Shown here: in pieces, positions 38,938 to 49,813 of the stretch
Numbering within the stretch: the stretch's first letter is position 1
How the letters are laid out: every line of letters starts with the position of its first letter
Source: an uncultured Chloroflexia bacterium
GTDB taxonomy: Bacteria > Chloroflexota > Limnocylindria > Limnocylindrales > CSP1-4
Reading direction: 5' to 3'
Assembly (NCBI GenBank): GCA_963760625.1
Contig: CAVXDU010000004.1
Location: 66,050-130,049 of the forward strand
DNA length: 64,000 bases
Program-made: the position numbers and the translations under genes
The notes under the pieces: generated by a model
The model's input: the letters and a program-made list of their open reading frames with translations, nothing else
Told to the model about the DNA's origin: nothing
Databases searched by the model: none

Positions 38938-39816
38938 GTGACGGCGGACGGGTACGGCATCGAGTGGAGCGCCGCGCTCCAGCGCGGCACGGATGCGCGA
39001 GCTGGACGCCTGGCTGTCGTTCGCGCTCGATACGTGCGATGCGGCGGACGCCATCTCCCTGCGCTGCGTTCCGGTCGGAGCTGGAGGTCACCCGCAAGGC
39101 GGATGGCATCGTTCGTGACGCAGGCCGACCGGGCCATCGAGACGGCTCATCCGCGAGCGCGTATCGAGGCGGCCTTCCCGGAGCACGCGATCGTGGGCGA
39201 GGAGTACGGCACCGATGCGCCGGCCGCGCGCTGCCGCTGGTTCATCGATCCCATCGACGGCACCCACAACTTCATGCGTGGCATGCCCGTCTTCGGCGAC
39301 GCTTGCTCGCGGTCGAGTGCGATGGGGAGCTCCAGGCAGGTGTCGTGAGCGCCCCCGCGCTCGGGTCGTCGCTGGTGGGCGCGGCGGGGCGCGGGGCCTG
39401 GATCACGGAGCCCGGCAGCGACCAGCCGCGGCGCATGCACGTGTCCGACGTCGAACGGATCGACGACGCCCAGGTCGCTCTACCGCTCGATCCGGGACAT
39501 GCGCGGGTCGCGGGTCGCGGCCGGCTTCGAACGGCTCATCGGGGACGTCTGGCGGGAGCGCGGGCTGGGCGACTTCTGGGGCTACATGCTGGTCGCGGAC
39601 GGTGCCGCGGAGCTGATGATCGAGCGCGACCTGGGCGCCTGGGACCTGGCTGCGCCCTGGATCGTGGTGGAGGAGGCAGGCGGTCGGATCACGGACTTCG
39701 ATGGACGTCGCGACGTGTTCGGCTCGCGAGGGGATGGCCTCCAACGGCCGGCTGCATGCGGGTTCCTGGACGCGGCTGCGCGACGGGTGAGGACCGCCGC
39801 TCCAGACGAGACTTGA
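38938..39816 (+). CDS. Inositol-monophosphatase-family phosphatase (HisN-type histidinol-phosphatase-like); frame breaks; 3' end 39789-39816
   Basis: KADGSFVTQADRAIE, AIVGEEYG, WFIDPIDGTHNFMRGMP, FWGYMLVADGAAELMIE, WDLAAPWIVVEEAGG. Confidence 0.75.
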
Positions 39817-39848
39817 CAGGATGTCGTACAAGTGAGGTCTGACAACTA

Positions 39849-39866
39849 CGGGAGTCGCGACTCCCG
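39849..39866. repeat. Perfect 18-bp palindrome CGGGAGTCGCGACTCCCG (operator or hairpin)
   Basis: Read directly. It lies between the IMPase-like stop and the gntR GTG (39884). Confidence 0.6.
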
Positions 39867-39883
39867 GTCCGGAGGGTAGACGC

Positions 39884-40610
39884 GTGGGCCGAGCGGCCAT
39901 CACGGTGCGAGTGGAGCTGATGCAGACGATCACGGACCACTATCGACCGGGTGACCGCCTGCCGTCCGAGCCCGAGCTGGCGGCGGCATACTCGGTCAGC
40001 CGCTCGACCATCCGGGAGGCCCTCCAGGCGCTCGAGACGGACGGCGTCGTGCGGCGCATCCACGGGCTGGGCACGTTCGTGAACCAGATCGCGCCGCGCG
40101 TGACGGGTGCCCTGGACGTCGACCTGGGCGTGACCGAGACGGTCGAGGCCGCCAATCAGCGACTGGGCGTCCAGGTGCTGCGCGTGGATGAGATCGCCGC
40201 TCCCCGGGAGATCGCGGAGCGGCTGTCCCTGCCACCGGCGGGCCGCGTGCTGCTCGTCGAACGCATCATCCTCGCCAACGACCGTCCGGCGGCACTGGCC
40301 GTGGACGCCATCCCCCAGGCCATCGCGAGCGAGCGCCGGAGCCGTACGAGGACGGCTCGGTGTATCGCTTCCTGGAGCACCAGTGCGGCCTCGTGCTCCT
40401 CGGCGGCCTGGCCCAGGTGAGCGCCGTCGGTCTCCGACAAGCGCATGGCCCGCCTGCTCGACGTGCGCGAGGGCGACGCGCTCCTGCGCCTGGAGCAGGT
40501 GGAGCGGTCCGCCGAGCGACGAGGCGGTGCTGTACTCGCTGGAGCATTTCGTGCCCGCCTGCTTCGATCTGACCATCCGCCGCGTCCGCGAGGCAGGAGT
40601 CACCCGATGA
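39884..40610 (+). CDS. GntR/HutC-family transcriptional regulator (wHTH + UTRA); 2-3 frame breaks
   Basis: LPSEPELAAAYSVSRSTIREALQALETDGVVRRIHGLGTFV, then UTRA-like VQVLRVDEIAAPREIAERL ... AVLYSLEHFVPACFDLTIRR. Confidence 0.85.
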
Positions 40611-41775
40611 CCATCGACCGGACCGACGCCGATCACGCCGACGACGGAGACCATCCGCTGGTTCGCGCGCTTCGTGTACCCAGGGCTGGCCGAGGCGCGC
40701 CCATACGACGCGTCACACCACGACTACGCGTGGCGCCACCGGGAGCTACACCGGCTGATGTCCAACGAGTGCCCGCTGCCGCCCGCGCCAGCGGTCGTGG
40801 CGGCAGCCATGTCGAGGCGCTCATGGAGAGCAACCTGTATCCCAACTCCGCGTGGGAGCTGCGGGACGCGCTGGCAGCGCGTCAATGGCGTGCCGCCGGA
40901 CTCGATCATCCTCGGCAACGGCTCCACGGAGGTCCTGGACGTCCTCATCCGGTCCATGTTCGGGGCGGGCGACGAGGCGATCATCCACATCCCGACCTAC
41001 GCCTACTTCGAGACCCAGGTCCGACTCCATGGCGCCAGCCCGGTGCTGGTGCCCATCAAGCGCCGACCACTCCTTCGACCCCGACGCGCTGCTCGCCGCC
41101 ATCACGCCCCGGACCAAGGGCATCTTCCTGTGCTCACCCAACAACCCCACGGGCAACAGCTGGACGGTGCGCGGAGCTGGAGCGAGTGCTCGCCACGGGA
41201 TCTGCCGGTGATCGTGGACCAGGCGTACGTGGAGTGCGGCTACTGCACCCTCGTTCGCGCCACTCGTCGAGCGGTACCCCAACCTCGTGGTGGCCCAGAC
41301 GATGTCCAAGGCGTACGGCCTGGGTGGCCTGCAGGTGGGTTACCTCATCGCCGATCCGGCGCCTCGTGGACCTGCTGCTGCGGCTTGCGCATCCCCTTCA
41401 GCATCAGCCTCGTGGCCGCGCGGGCCTGCCTCGCGGCGGTGGTCGACCCGGCGATCCTCGAGGAGCGGCGGGTCTACATCAGCACGGAGCGGGAGCGGGT
41501 GTTCGCAGGCCTGCAGCGGACTGCCCTCCGTGACGCCATTCGAGTCGGACGGCAACTTCATCCTCATCGACGTGTCGCGAACCGGTCGCACCAGCACCGA
41601 GATCGTGGATTTCGCCAAGCGCGAGGGCCTGCTTGCTACTGCGGGCCGTCACTGCCCACGGTCTGGGCAGCGGACACGTGCGCGTGACCATCGGTACGCA
41701 CGGGAAGAGAACGACATGTTCCTGACCATCTTCGCCCGGGCCATCAGCGTCGGCGTGCCGGACGCCCAGACGTGA
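40607..41775 (+). CDS. Class-II aminotransferase, HisC (histidinol-phosphate aminotransferase)-like; many frame breaks
   Basis: ATGA overlap with the gntR stop. [67 protein letters not shown] (PLP-Lys), GNFILIDV. Confidence 0.8.
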
Positions 41776-41788
41776 GGTCGTCGCCGCA

Positions 41789-43336
41789 GTGACCGAGACC
41801 CTGGTGCTGGCCTGGATGTCGGCACCAGCGGTGCGAAGGTGGTCCTTGCCAGCAGCCGCCGAGGCATCATCGGGTCACGCCAGCGCCCTACGGGCTGGTC
41901 GACGCCGCGGCCAGGTTGGGTGGAGCAGGACCCGGGACAGCATCCGGACCGCCATCGCGGCTGCAACGCGGGACCTGCTTGCGCGACTCGGGCGTCGACG
42001 GCTCGGTCGCTCGCGGGCGTCGTGCTCACGGCCCAGATGTTCAGCCTGCAGCCCGTGGACGCCGAGGGTCAGCCGGTCGGGCCGATGCTCAGTTGGCTCG
42101 ACCAGCGGGCGGCCACCCAGGCGGCGGCCCTTGCCCGTCGGGTCCACTGCGGACGCAGCAGTTCGACGCCGCAGGCAGCATCGATCACGGCCAAGGACAT
42201 CGTGCCCCGGATCCACTGGCTGCGGGAGAAGCACCCGACGTCTGGACACGGACCGCTGGCTGCTGGACTGCAAGGAGACCGTGCTGGCGTGGCTGACGGG
42301 CCGTGCCGTCACGGACCGGGCAGGTGCCTCGGCCTATCGGCTGACCGATCCGGCATCGCTGCGCCTGGGATGCCTCCTTGTGCGAGTTGCTGGACGTGCC
42401 GCTCGAGCGCCTGCTACCCGAGATCGCTCCAGCGACGTCCGTGGCCGGCGGCTTGCACGCAGCCGCCGCGACAGGCGCTCGGCTTGCCCGGCGGGCCTGC
42501 CCGTGTTCGTGGGTGCCGGTGACGTGCCCGCCAGCCAACTCGGCTCGGGCGCCCTGGGAGCGGGTGACACCCACTTGAGCCTGGGCACCGCCATCTACCT
42601 GGGCATCCATGCCGATCGTCCGCTCACGGATCCGGGCCGCCGGTTGGGCGTCCTGGGTCACGCGATGCCGGACGCCTGGATCCTGTGGCTGGAGATCGCC
42701 ACGGGCGGTGCCGCGCTCTGGCTGGATCCGCACGCGCCCTCGGCGATCCGGAGCGACTGGATGTGCCGATCGACCACGCGGTCGTGGATCGAGCAGCTGG
42801 TGACGTCGGTCGAGGGCGACACGGATGACCTGCTGTTCGCGCCCTGGCTGTCGGGTGAACGAGTGCCCCTGTTCGACGACGATGCCCGAGGTGCGTTCGT
42901 GGGTCTGGCACTGCACCATGGCCGGGCGCATCTCATGCGGGCGGTGATGGAAGGCGTCGCCTACCAGATCAGGTGGGCGTACGAGTACGGCCTCGCCTAC
43001 GGCCTCCAGGCCGGGCTCCATCCGAGTGGTCGGCGGTGGCGGCATGGACAACGCCTGGCTGCGCATCATCGCGGACACCCTCGGCCGACCCATCGAGGTG
43101 CTCGATGCGCCCCAGGATGCCGCGGCACTGGGAGCCGCGGCGATGGCCTTCGTGGGGCTCGGGGCGTGGCCATCGCTGGAGCCGTCGACGAGCACGTCCG
43201 GGTGGCCCGCATCATCGAGCCGGATGTCGATCGCGGTCGTCCGCTGCGATGACCGCGGTTTCGCCGCTTCCGGACACTGCATGCGGCGCTTGCCCCCGTC
43301 ATGCGACACACTCGTTGCCAGAAGCGAACGACATGA
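41789..43336 (+). CDS. FGGY-family carbohydrate kinase no. 2; many frame breaks
   Basis: PGWVEQDP, CKETVLAWLTGRAVTD, GAGDVPASQLGSGA, FAPWLSGERVPLFDDDARGAFVGL, HLMRAVMEGVAYQIR, VVGGGGMDNAWLRIIADTLGRPI. Confidence 0.75.
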
Positions 43337-43343
43337 GGACCGC

Positions 43344-44032
43344 ATGAGCGGCATCGGGGTCGTGTTCGACCTCGACGGCGTGCTGGTCATGTCGGAGCAC
43401 CTGTGGGAGAAGGCCTGGCTGGACTACGCGGCCCCGCTCTGGCTACGCCTGGTCGCCCGACGACACCCGCCGTTGCCAGGGCATGAGCGTGATGGAGTGG
43501 GGCACGTACCTGGCCGACCGGACGACGCATGACGCACCCGACGGCCATCGACGCGGTCATCGGGTACGTGGCGCGAGCATACGATGTCGGGCCAGGTGTC
43601 GCTCGTGGAGGGTGCGGAGGACCTCGTGCGCACCATCGCGGCGCGGGTGCCCTCGCGCTGGCCTCGTCGGCGCCACGGCGCAGGTCATCGACACCGTGAT
43701 GGGCGCCATGGGTCTCGGGCCGCTGGTTCGGCGCCACGGTGTCCAGCGCGGAGGTCGTCGCGGGCAAGCCCAGCCCGGACGTGTATCTGGAGGCCATCCG
43801 ACGACTGGGCATCGACGGCCGGGGCAGCCTCGCGGTCGAGGACTCCAGCAATGGCATCCGCGCCGCAGCCGCGGCCGGCCTCACGGTGCTCGCCATCCCC
43901 AACCCCGCGTACCCGGTGGCCCCGGACGCGGTCGGCTGCTGCGGATAGCATCCACGTATCGCTCGACGGGGTCGGCCGGCGGATGCTGACCCTGCTCGAC
44001 GCAGGCCACGACGACCGGAGGGATCACGATGA
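43344..44032 (+). CDS. HAD-superfamily hydrolase (beta-phosphoglucomutase/phosphatase-like); frame breaks; 3' end approximate
   Basis: GVVFDLDGVLVMSE (DxDG), VVAGKPSPDVYLEA, SLAVEDSSNGIRAAAAAGL. Confidence 0.7.
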
Positions 44033-45760
44033 CGCGCATCTACAACGCCGAACGAGGCTTCAAGGACGAGTTCCTCGACGGCCTCACGGCCGCCTACGGC
44101 CGATACCTGCGCCGGGTGCCGGGCACGTCGGCGGTGATGTCGTCGACGCACCCGTCACCGGGACAGGTCTCGGTCATCATCGGCGGTGGGTCCGGACACT
44201 ACCCAGCGTTCGCAGGCCTCGTCGGGCCCCGGGCTGTGCCATGGCGCGGTGGTGGGCGAGGTGTTCACCAGCCCGTCCGCGACGCAGGCGTATCGGGCCA
44301 TCACGGCGCTCGACGGCGGGGCAGGGCGTGCTGCTGTCGCTTCGGCAACTACAGCGGCGACGTGATGCATTTCGGCTTGGCCGCTGAGCAGGCCCGGGCG
44401 GCAGGCATCGACACCCGCATCGTGCTCGTGACCGACGACGTGGTCAGCGCACCGGTCGACCGTATCGCGCGACCGACGGGGCATCGCGGGCACGTTCTTC
44501 GTGTTCCGTGCCGCGGCTGCCGCGGCGCGCAGCGGTGCCGACCTCGCGACCGTGGAGCGGGTCGCACGCCGGGCCAACGACCGGACGCGGACCTTTGGGG
44601 TCGCGTTCGCCGGCTGCACGTTCCCGGGCCGATCGGAGCCCCTGTTCCGGGTGGAGCCGGGCACCATCGCATTGGGTCTCGGCATCCATGGCGAACCGGG
44701 TATCGAGACCGTCGACTGGATGCCCGCCGACGGCGCTCGCGGATGTGCTCCTGTCACCCCTCCTGGCGGAGCGGCCGAGCGGCGCCCGGCGCGCCGGGTG
44801 CTGGTCAACGGGCTGGGCAGCACCAAGTACGAAGAGATGTTCGTGCTCTACCGGTCGCTCCACCGGCTCCTCGAACGGGCAGACGTGGAGCTGGTGGACC
44901 CCGAGGTGGGCGAGTTCGTGACGTCCCTGGACATGGCTGGCTGCTCACTGACCCTGTGCTGGCTGGACGACGAGCTGGAGCCGCTCCTCGGGACGCCCGC
45001 GGCGACCCCCGGCTATCGCACGGGCGGCGGCACCTGGACCGTGGCCCCACCACCGCCATGCCGGATGGTGGCCACCTACGCTGCAGCCAGCGGCCCATCC
45101 GTCAGCGGCTGCGCGCGTGCGTGGTCGCGGCCCTGGACGCCGCCGCGGCGGCCATCATCGGCGCCGAGACCGAGCTGGGCCGACTCGATTCGGTGGCCGG
45201 TGACGGTGACCACGGTGCGGGCATGGCCCGCGGCATGACCGCCGCTCGCATCGCGGCACGCACCGGGGCGACCGAGCCGGCGGCGCTCATCGCGGCGGGC
45301 AACGCCTTCAGCGATGCCGCCGGCGGTGCATCCGGGGCGCTGTGGGGCGCAGCACTCCTGGCCATCGGGTCGGATCCTCGGCGCAGCTCCACTGATGGCG
45401 CCGACGCGTGTCCGGATACCGCGGCGGTCGGCGACCGGCGCTGATCGAGGCGCGCGACGTGGTCATGCGGCTGGGCGGCGCGCAGACCCGGTGACAAGAC
45501 CCTGGTGGACACCCTGGCGCCCTTCGTGGACGCATTCCGTGGGGAGCGCCGGCCGATACGCGTGGCCGATGCCTGGCGTGACGCCCTGCCCGGCGGCGGA
45601 CGCGCGGCGCGCGGCGACGGCCGGGATGCCCGGTCGCAAGGGCCGGGCGGCGACCCACGGCGATCGCAGCATCGGCACCGCTCGACCCGGGCGCCCACTC
45701 GCTGGCCATCGCGCTGCGGGCGATGTCGGCGGCGCTCGACTCCCAGGACACCGCACGATG
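44029..45760 (+). CDS. Dihydroxyacetone/ketose kinase, fused DhaK + DhaL domains (ATP-dependent DAK family); many frame breaks
   Basis: FKDEFLDGL, VSVIIGGGSGHYPAFAG, GNYSGDVMHFGLAAEQA, RGIAG-type region, EPGIETV. DhaL region: LDSVAGDGDHGAGMARG, GGASGALWGAALL, DKTLVDTLAPFVDAF. Confidence 0.85.
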
Positions 45761-46240
45761 AGCGAGACCGGGTTCGTCATCGCGGTGGGTGCCGACGGCC
45801 TTGGCCGGACACTCAAGGACCTGCTCGCGGACGAGCTGCGACGCGACCCGCGGGTGCGTGAGGTCCGCGACTACGGGGTGCACACCACGGACGACCCGAC
45901 CGCGTACCCGTCGGTGGGTCATCGCGGTCGCGGAGGCCGTGGCGCGGGGTGAGGCGGACCGGGCGCTGCTCGTCTGCGGCACCGGCATCGGCATGGCCAT
46001 CAGCGCCAACAAGGTGCCCGGGCATCCGGGCCGCGGTCGCCCATGATCCGTACTCGCTGGAGCGCTCGGTGCTGTCCAACGACTGCCAGGTGCTGTGCAT
46101 GGGCGCCAACATCGTGGCACCCATGCTCGCTCGGACCCTCATCGCGCGCTGGCTCGACTACCGGTTCGACCCGGCCTCGGCATCTGCCGCCAAGGTCGCC
46201 ATCATCAGTCGACTTCGAGTCGAGCCGAAGCGACGGTTGA
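45757..46240 (+). CDS. rpiB: RpiB/LacA/LacB-family sugar-phosphate isomerase; frame breaks; 3' end approximate
   Basis: ATGA overlap with the DAK stop. [51 protein letters not shown]. Confidence 0.8.
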
Positions 46241-46413
46241 CTCCGCCGGCCCGCGGGCTGCGGTATCCGGGGTCATGCGGCCCCTGTGCTAGGCTCCGCC
46301 GGATGAGCGACGCAGCGTCCCACGGCGTGACGCGCACGCCGGACACGCTGCTGGGACCCCAACCACACTGGACGGCCGTGCTCGAGCCACCCGGCATCCC
46401 CGGCGACCCCTGG

Positions 46414-47168
46414 ATGCCGACGTGGATGTGGCGGCTGACCTGGAGCGCGTGGCCCAGTCCGGCGGACCCGCCCCGGATCGCCATCCGCCTGGACGAGGTG
46501 ACCAAGGTCTATCCCAACGGCAAGCACGCCGTTGAGGACATCGACCTCGTCGTGCCCGGAGGGCGACTTCGTGTTCCTCGTCGGGCCGTCGGGCGCCGGC
46601 AAGAGCACGCTCATCAAGCTGCTGGTTCGTGACGAGGAGGCGACGACGGGCACGCTCGAGGTGGCCGGCCACGACCTCGAACACCATCAAGCGGGGCGAG
46701 ATCCCCCAGCTCCGGCGCCAGATCGGCATCGTGTTCCAGGACTTCCGGTTGCTGCCTCGCAAGACGGTCCGCGAGAACGTCGCGTTCGCACTCGAGGTCA
46801 CCGGCGCCAACCGGCAGCAGATCCGGTCGACGGTCGACCGGCTGCTTGGCCTGGTCGGACTCACCGGGCAGGCCGAGCAGCGTCCCGGCCAGCTGTCGGG
46901 TGGCGAGATGCAGCGGGCCGCGATCGCTCGCGCCATGGTCCACGACCCGCGTCTCATCATCGCCGACGAGCCGACCGGCAACCTCGACCCGCTCATCAGC
47001 TGGGAGATCATCCAGTTGCTGCTGCGCATCAACGAGATGGGCACGACCGTGCTCATGGCCACCCACAACGCCGAGGTGGTCACCGCGTTGCGCAAGCGGG
47101 TCGTGGCCCTGGAGGCCGGCCGGATCGTCCGCGACGAGGTCGGCGGCTACCACCGGGACTACGCCTGA
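46414..47168 (+). CDS. ftsE: Cell-division ABC ATPase FtsE; 2 frame breaks; start uncertain (46304-46470)
   Basis: IRLDEVTKVYPNG, FLVGPSGAGKSTLIKLL, LSGGEMQRAAIARA, LIIADEPTGNLDP, VLMATHN. Confidence 0.9.
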
Positions 47169-48067
47169 TGGTCCACCTCGTGACGTTCTCCGATGCGACA
47201 GGCGCTCGAAGGCCTGTGGCGCAACCGGGTCATGAGCCTCGCGGCGACGGTGACCATGGTCATGATGCTCGTGCTGCTGTCGAGCCTGGTCATCGTGCTG
47301 TCGGGCATGCAGGCAGGCCTGTCGTTCGTGGAGTCGAAGGTCGAGGTCCGGGTCGAGCTCGCCGAGGGGGTGGCGTCAGGAGCGCGTGGACACCCTGACC
47401 GCGCAGCTGAGGGCGCTGCCCGAGGTGTCGGACGTCGTCGTACGTCAGCAAGGAGCAGGCGCTCGCCGACTTCACCCAGCAGCGCATCGCCGACGGACAG
47501 CCGGACCTGACCGACTACATCCGCAACCCGTTCCCCAACCAGCTGTCGGTCAAGCTGCGCGACCCGCGCGAGGCGACCCAGGTCATGAGCGTCCTCGCCG
47601 ACCAGCGCGGTTCGGTGGTCGCCGACGTGATCGACAAGCAGACGGACATCGACAAGCTGGTGAGCGTCACCGCCACCCTGCGCACGGTCGGTGTCGCGGT
47701 GCTCGCCCTCGTCGGCCTCACGGTGCTGCTCATCGTCGTCAACTCCATCCGGATGGCGGTCATGTCCCGGGCCCAGGAGATCGAGATCATGCGCCTCGTG
47801 GGCGCCTCGGACCAGTTCGTGCGCTGGCCGTTCATCGTCGAGGGCCTGCTCGTGGGACTGGTGGGCGCCATCGTCACCCTGACCCTGCTGCTGCTCGCGT
47901 CCGGACCCATCTCGGAGGTCGCCAAGGTCATCGCGGGCCAGGTGCCGGTCGGCTTCTCCCAGTCGCTGACGTTCCAGGTCACCTCACTGGTGATGGTCGC
48001 CGGCCTCGGGCTCGGCGGCATCGGTGCCTGGATCTCGGTTCGAACGTATCTCCGCAACACCACCTGA
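47168..48067 (+). CDS. ftsX: Cell-division permease-like protein FtsX; 3 frame breaks
   Basis: TGATG overlap with ftsE. MRQALEGLWRNRVMSLAATVTMVMMLVLL, SKEQALADF, NPFPNQLSVKL, EIEIMRLVGASDQFVRWPFIVEGLLVGLVGA. Confidence 0.85.
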
Positions 48068-48069
48068 TC

Positions 48070-49551
48070 ATGACATCGAGGGTCAGCCACGACGCATCCA
48101 CTGCCGATCAGGGCTGGCCCAACCAACCTCCGAACGACTGGCCGGAGACGGATGGGCAGCAAGCACTGCCCGGGCCACCCACGACATCCGGTCCGCCGAC
48201 ACCTCCGGCGCCGCCGTCCCGCACACCGCTCGTCGCGGCCCTGTTCCTGGTCGCGCGTCCTGGCCGGCTCTGCGCTGTTCGCGTCGGGCTTCACGCTCGG
48301 CATGCAGCAGTCGCTGGCACCCGGCACGAGCGCCGGCGAGCAGCAGATGTTCGATCCGTTCTGGGAGGCATACCGCAAGATCAGCGCCGAGTACGTGGGT
48401 GGCTATGACCCGAAGCTGCTCGTCGAAGGCGCCATCAAGGGCATGTTCGGCGCCCTCGATGACCCCTACTCCTCGTACATGACCTCGCAGGAGTATCGCG
48501 ACAGCCTGTCGGGCATCTCGGGCGAGTTCGAGGGCATCGGAGCGACGATGTCCGCGCTCGACGAACAGCCGGCAGGACTGCGCACCACTGGGACCCGCCT
48601 GCCACCTCGTCGTCGAGAGCGTCATCGAGGACTCACCGGCGCAGGTCGGCGGGGTCCGCACGGACGACCAGCTGACCGCCGTCGACGGGGTCAGCGGTCG
48701 AGGGCACGACCGTCAACGAGACCGTGCGGCACGTGCGCGGTCCCGCGGGCACCGACGTTCGCCTGTCGCTGCTGCGCGGGCATGAACCGGTCGAGCTGAC
48801 GCTCACTCGCGACGTCATCACGACCTCGTCCGTGACCGAGGAGCTCCTGGCCGACGGCACCGTCGGTTACCTGCGCATCGACGGCTTCAGCGGCAATGCC
48901 GCCGAGGACTTCCGGAGCTGGCCTCCAGGGGTACCTCGACCAGGGCGTCACCCGGTTCGTGCTCGACCTGCGAGACGATCCGGGCGGCTTCGTGGACGCG
49001 GCGCTGACCATCGCCAGCCAGTTCGTCGATTCCGGCCCCATCTACTGGGAGGAGTATGCCGACGGACGCAAGGTGCCGGTCCCCGCGGAGCCGGACGGCA
49101 TCGCGGTCGACCCGGACATCCATCTCGTGGTCCTCGTCAACGGCGGATCGGCGTCGGCCAGTGAGATCCTGGCGGGCGCTCTCCAGGACACCGGCCGCGC
49201 CACGCTGGTCGGCGAGATCGACATACGGCAAGGGCACCATCCAGCAGTGGCACCTGCTGTCGGGTGATTCGGGCGGCTTCCGGTTGTCCATCGCCAAGTG
49301 GCTGACGCCCAACCAGACCTGGATCCACGGCGACGGGCATCACCCCGGACGTGGTGGTGCCGTCCCGGCGACACGCCCGCAGGCGAGGACCCGCAGCTGG
49401 ATCGGGCCTGGAGATCCTGGCCGCGGAGCCTGACCCATCCGGGATACTCGAGGATCCGCCGAGCCCGTCGACAAGGCCGTCAGCGGTGTCGCTGACCGGC
49501 CCCTGGCACGTGGGTATCGGGCTCGTTCGCAGGCTGCCAGCCTGGTCCTGA
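48070..49551 (+). CDS. ctpA: S41-family carboxyl-terminal processing peptidase (PDZ + peptidase domain); many frame breaks
   Basis: AIKGMFGALDDPYSSYM, SGEFEGIGA, PDZ VIEDSPAQVGGVRTDDQLTAVDG, GYLRIDGFS, FVLDLRDDPGGFVDAAL, VLVNGGSASASEILAGALQD, TYGKGTIQ. Confidence 0.85.
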
Positions 49552-49637
49552 GGCATGGCCCACGGCGGCCTCCTGTGGACGAGGAACGCTCCACCTCTTG
49601 CATCCCGGCACGGCGTTGGTCTATCGTCGCCGGGAAC

Positions 49638-49650
49638 GAAAGGAGGTGAT
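49638..49650 (+). other. 13-nt perfect complement of the canonical 16S rRNA 3' tail (GAAAGGAGGTGAT) inside a 260-bp intergenic region
   Basis: The minus strand reads ATCACCTCCTTTC. It is followed after 5 nt by GTG ATC GAC... (a 15-codon micro-ORF, 49656-49703) and by hairpins. Confidence 0.5.
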
Positions 49651-49739
49651 GTGCAGTGATCGACAGTAAGCAGCGCTGCACCACCTCGGAGGCAGCCCGC
49701 TAGTCGGACTACCTTCGGGTGGTGAAGCAGCCACGAAGC

Positions 49740-49770
49740 GCCGGCCCACAATGGGCCGGCGTTCGTGTGT
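49740..49770 (+). terminator. Candidate intrinsic terminator / stable hairpin GCCGGCCCA-CAA-TGGGCCGGC followed by GTTCGTGTGT
   Basis: 9-bp GC-rich stem at 49740-49760, about 50 nt upstream of the smpB ATG. Confidence 0.3.
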
Positions 49771-49813
49771 CTGGCCCTGCCACCCATCCGTCCCGCGTTC
49801 CCAGGAGCCACCC

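Noticed and set aside
49690-49770. Possible SRP (4.5S) RNA, suggested by GAAGCAGCC next to a tetraloop hairpin
   Set aside because: The tetraloop is UUCG, not GNRA. The flanking strands do not pair into the long SRP helix. The symmetric and asymmetric loop motifs of domain IV are not reproduced.
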